From Antechinus flavipes (taxonomy: Eukaryota): DNA of 64,000 bases. The notes beneath the pieces were generated by a model. That model was not told where the DNA came from. It did no database searches and saw only the letters and a list, made by a program, of their open reading frames with translations. Both the position numbers and the translations under genes were made by a program. Positions 60,632 to 64,000 of this stretch are shown one piece after another (positions within the stretch are counted from its first letter, which is position 1; each line of letters starts with the position of its first letter). Where the stretch lies: the NCBI RefSeq assembly GCF_016432865.1, contig NC_067403.1, positions 257,052,001 to 257,116,000 on the forward strand. The letters run 5' to 3'.

Positions 60632-61282
60632 TTTGTTTGTTTGTTTGTTTTTTAATAATTATAACTTTTTATTGACAGAACCCATGCCTGGGTAATTTTC
60701 TACAACATTATCCCTTGCACTCACTTTTGTTCCGACTTTTCCACTCCCTCCCTCCACCCCCTCCCCCAGATGGCAAACAGTCCTTTACATGTTAAATATA
60801 TTACAGTATATCCTAGATACAATATATGTGTGTAGAACTGAGCAGTTCTCTTGTTGCACAGGGAGAATTGGATTCAGAAGGTAGAAATAACCCGGGAAGA
60901 AAAACAAAAATGCATGTGGTTTATATCCATTTCCCAGTGTTCTTTCTTTGGGTGTAGCTGCTTCTGTCCATCCTTGATCAATTGGAACTGAGTTAGGTCT
61001 CTTTGTCGAAGAAATCCACTTCCATTAGAATACATCCTCAAACAGTATCGTTATTGAGGTATATAATGATCTCCTGGTTCTGCTCATTTCACTTAGCGTC
61101 AGTTCACGTAAGTCTCGCCAGTCCTCTCTGTATTCATCCTGCTCCTCATTTCTTACAGAACAATAATATTCCATAACATTCATATACCACAATTTGCCCA
61201 ACCATTCTCCAATTGAATTCATCCATTCATTTTCCAGTTTCTGGCCACTACAAACAGGGCTGCCACAAACATTTTGGCACAT
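60632..61282 (-). mobile_element. L1 3' end fragment, antisense
   Basis: Minus-strand ORF 61025-61282 (EWLGKLWYMNVMEYYCSVRN) is the L1 ORF2 C-terminus. T-rich rc tail at ~60632-60660. Confidence 0.85.
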
Positions 61283-61728
61283 CTTGTAGTAGGTTTATTA
61301 ACAGACTGGCTGATAAGCGTGGGGCGACCCTTCTGGCGATCACTTCTTATCTAGGCTGTTTCCACAAATAACAGTCATTGCCCAACCTGCCCCCGCCTCC
61401 AAACTCCTGGAAGAGACCTAACTTTTCTTTTTTTATCGAAGCTTTTTATTTTCAAAACATATGCAAGGATAATTTTTCAACACTGACCCTTGCAAAGCCT
61501 TGTGTTCCAATTTTACCCCCCTTCCCCTACCCCTTCCCCTAGATGGCAAATAATGCAATATATGTTAAACATGGTAAAAAAAATTATGTAAATCGAACAT
61601 AAGCATACACATTCATACAATTATTGTGCTGTTCAAGAAAACTAATCAAAAAGGAAGAAAAATGAGAAAGTAAAGAAAATTCATTTCTGTCGAGTTGAAC
61701 GATTTCCTGTCCTGCTCTCCAACGTCCT

Positions 61729-62713
61729 CTCTCCTTTGCTGCCTGATCGTTGCCATCATGGGTCACATGCAGGCTCCTGGGAAGGCCTGTCCCAGTCTGC
61801 TCTGCCATGTGCTGATGCTCATCTTGGCTGCTATGAAGGAGCAGATCTATCAACTGGCCAAGACGGGCCTGGTGCCCTCCCAGAGCCGGGCAATCCTTAG
61901 GGATTCTCATGGTGTGGCACAAGGACTCTTGGTAATAGGCAGCAATATTTTGAGAATTCTAAAGTCCGAGGGACTCGCCCCTTCCCTTCCTGAAGGGCTT
62001 TATTGTTGGAATCCTTACTAACTGCTAACTAATTAGAGTTGATCTAATCTTACAAGAAGATGTTTTGGGCAGAACCTGAAACAAGGTACTAAATAGAACT
62101 AATTAATACAAGGCTTGTGTTCACACCTTTACTCATTGGAGTTCAATGAGTTCACACCTCCCTTGAAGCTCTTTGGGCCAGAGAGCACTAGCATAAATAG
62201 AGCTTCAATGGGCCAGTCAAAGAAGTTCTTCAGAGTGAAGAAGCTACAAGTCGGGATTTCTCCGGAATGAGATGAAGAGTGGAGCTGGCTGGAGGCTGAA
62301 GAAAGCAGAGGCAGAGGCTGAAGGACCAGACCTTTGGATTTGGCGACATTCGGAGAGAGCTCTTGGAACCAAGCAGAGAGATAGGCCTCTAAGTTAACCG
62401 GGCTATATTGGAGATAATAAAAGATCTGAACTTTTATCACCTGACTGTGTTTTGAGAAGAAAAAGATCACCACACTTTATCACTTGATGAAGAAAGCTGT
62501 TGCTGTTCAAAAGCATCTTGAGAGAAACAGAAGGCTGAGGGTTCCCAATTCCGTCCGATTCTGAATGAGAGCCGAATTCATTGGCTCGGTACTACGAGAC
62601 CAAGAAAGTGCTCCCACTCAATTGGAACTATGAATCATCCACAGCTGCTGCTCTGGTTGCATAAATATTAGTTTATGTACTAAAATAATAGTCATAACTA
62701 ACTAAAAAAAAAA
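61729..62713 (+). pseudogene. RPS13: Processed pseudogene of ribosomal protein S13 (uS15), frameshifted and split by a solo LTR
   Basis: TOP-like 5' UTR CTCTCCTTTGCTGCCTGATCGTTGCCATCATG, ATG at 61758. MGHMQAPGK...[16 protein letters not shown]...[10 protein letters not shown]...[19 protein letters not shown]|HLMKKAVAVQKHLERNR match MGRMHAPGK...KEQIYKLAKKGLTPSQ...[20 protein letters not shown]. TAA at 62662-62664, poly(A) at ~62704-62713, no introns. Confidence 0.95.
62004..62474 (+). mobile_element. Solo ERV LTR (471 bp), same family as 10147-10820
   Basis: TGTTGGAATC...CACCACA termini, exact 6-bp TSD CTTTAT (61998-62003, 62475-62480). Confidence 0.92.
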
Positions 62714-63242
62714 GAAAATAAAATTCAAGCAAACAACAACAAAAAGAGTGAAAATGCTGTTGTGAGCCATACTCAGTCCCCACAGGCCTCTCTCTGGGTA
62801 CAGACAGCTCTCTCCATCACAAGATCACTGGAGCTGGTCTCAAACATCTCATTGTTGGAAAGAGCCACGTCTGTCAGAATTAATCATCATATAATCTTCT
62901 TCTTGCTGTGTACAAGAATCTCCTAGTTCTGCTCACTTCCCTCAGCATCAGTTCCTGTCAGTCTCTCCAGGGTTCTCTGATGTCATCCTGCTGATCGTTT
63001 CTTACAGAACAATAATATTCCACAACACTCATATACCATATTCAGCCATTCCCCAGCTGATGGGCATCCATTCAGTTTCCAGTTTCTGGCCACTACAAAG
63101 AGGGCTGCCATAAACAGCAATGTGGGTCCCTTTCCCTCCTTTAGGATCTCTTTGGGATGCAGAGCTAGTAGAAACACTGCTGGATCAAAGAGTTTGATAA
63201 CTCTTTGGGCGTAGTTCCTAACTCTCTCAAGAATAGTTGAAT

Positions 63243-64000
63243 CTGGTTCAATATTAGGAAAACTATCAGTATAATTGGCCACATTAATAACCAAATTAAC
63301 AAAAACCATATTATTATTTCAATAGATGCAGAAAAAGCATTTGATAAAATCCAACATCCTTTCCTATTAAAAAGACTCAAGCGTTTAGGAATAAATGGCC
63401 TTTTCCTTAAAATATTCACTAGCATCTATTTAAAACCAGCAGTAAGCGTCATATGTAACGGAGACAAACTGCAACCATTCCCAATAAGATCAGGAGTGAA
63501 ACAAAGTTGCCCACTATCACCGTTACTATTCAATATTGTATTAGAAATGCTAGCTTTGGCAATAAGAGTTGAGAAAGAGATTAAAGGAATTAGAGTAGAC
63601 AATGAGGAAACCAAATTATCACTCTTTGCTGATGATATGATAGTACACTTAGAGAACCCCAGAGATTCTACTAAAAATTATTAGAAATAATCCACACCTT
63701 TAGCAAAGTTGCAGGATACAAAATAAACCCACATAAGTCATCAGCATTCTTATATATCACTAACAAAACCCAACAGTTAGAGTTACAAAGAGAAATTCCA
63801 TTTAAAATAACTACTGATAGTATAAAATATTTAGGAATCTATCTGCCAAGGGAAAATCTGAAACTTTATGAGCAAAACTACAAAACACTTTCCACACATA
63901 TTAAGTCTGATCTAATCAAATGGAAAAATATTAAATGCTCTTGGATTGGGCGAACAAAAGATGACAATACTACCTAAACGAATCTATTTGTTTAGCGCTA
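63243..64000 (+). mobile_element. L1 ORF2 reverse-transcriptase fragment, sense, running off the window
   Basis: [16 protein letters not shown]...[16 protein letters not shown] (FADD motif) and [15 protein letters not shown]. Frameshifted. Confidence 0.92.

Larger units (their letters stand above)
61423..63242 (-). mobile_element. L1 3' portion, antisense, interrupted by the RPS13 retrocopy
   Basis: rc tail at 61423. The 3' UTR breaks at ~61680 and resumes at ~62714 (AAGCAAACAACAACAAAAAGAG). ORF2 C-terminal motifs LFMAALFVVARNWKLNGCPSAGEW. Confidence 0.8.

Overview
Eukaryotic, GC-rich mammalian genomic DNA. The L1 3' ends, MIR/Mar1-type SINEs, L2 and RTE remnants look marsupial, probably dasyurid-like; this is an inference from repeat families. 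No bacterial operons, CRISPR, rRNA or tRNA genes were seen, and almost all supplied ORFs are chance or repeat-derived. Supported content: (1) a CpG-island promoter at ~17.5-18.5 kb with a non-coding first exon of an unidentified minus-strand gene; (2) a gene-less CpG island at ~37 kb; (3) a compact two-exon plus-strand gene, CDS 40428-40742 + 41517/41520-41627 (140-141 aa), whose C-terminal part resembles C1orf115/RDD1 (DUF4710); (4) immediately downstream, a 7.55-kb tandem array (43097-50647) of roughly 170 monomers of ~43-46 bp with higher-order repeats. Each monomer carries a nearly invariant TGACCTTGA (NR5A/ESRR site) flanked by SOX/TCF-like and inverted forkhead-like motifs, and can also fold as plus-strand stem-loops; (5) a 1.3-kb TTAGGG-containing minisatellite at 58.3-59.6 kb; (6) two related solo LTRs with 6-bp TSDs, one inside an RPS13 processed pseudogene that itself sits inside an apparently 5'-inverted L1. 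The array and the adjacent gene are the best candidates for something undescribed.
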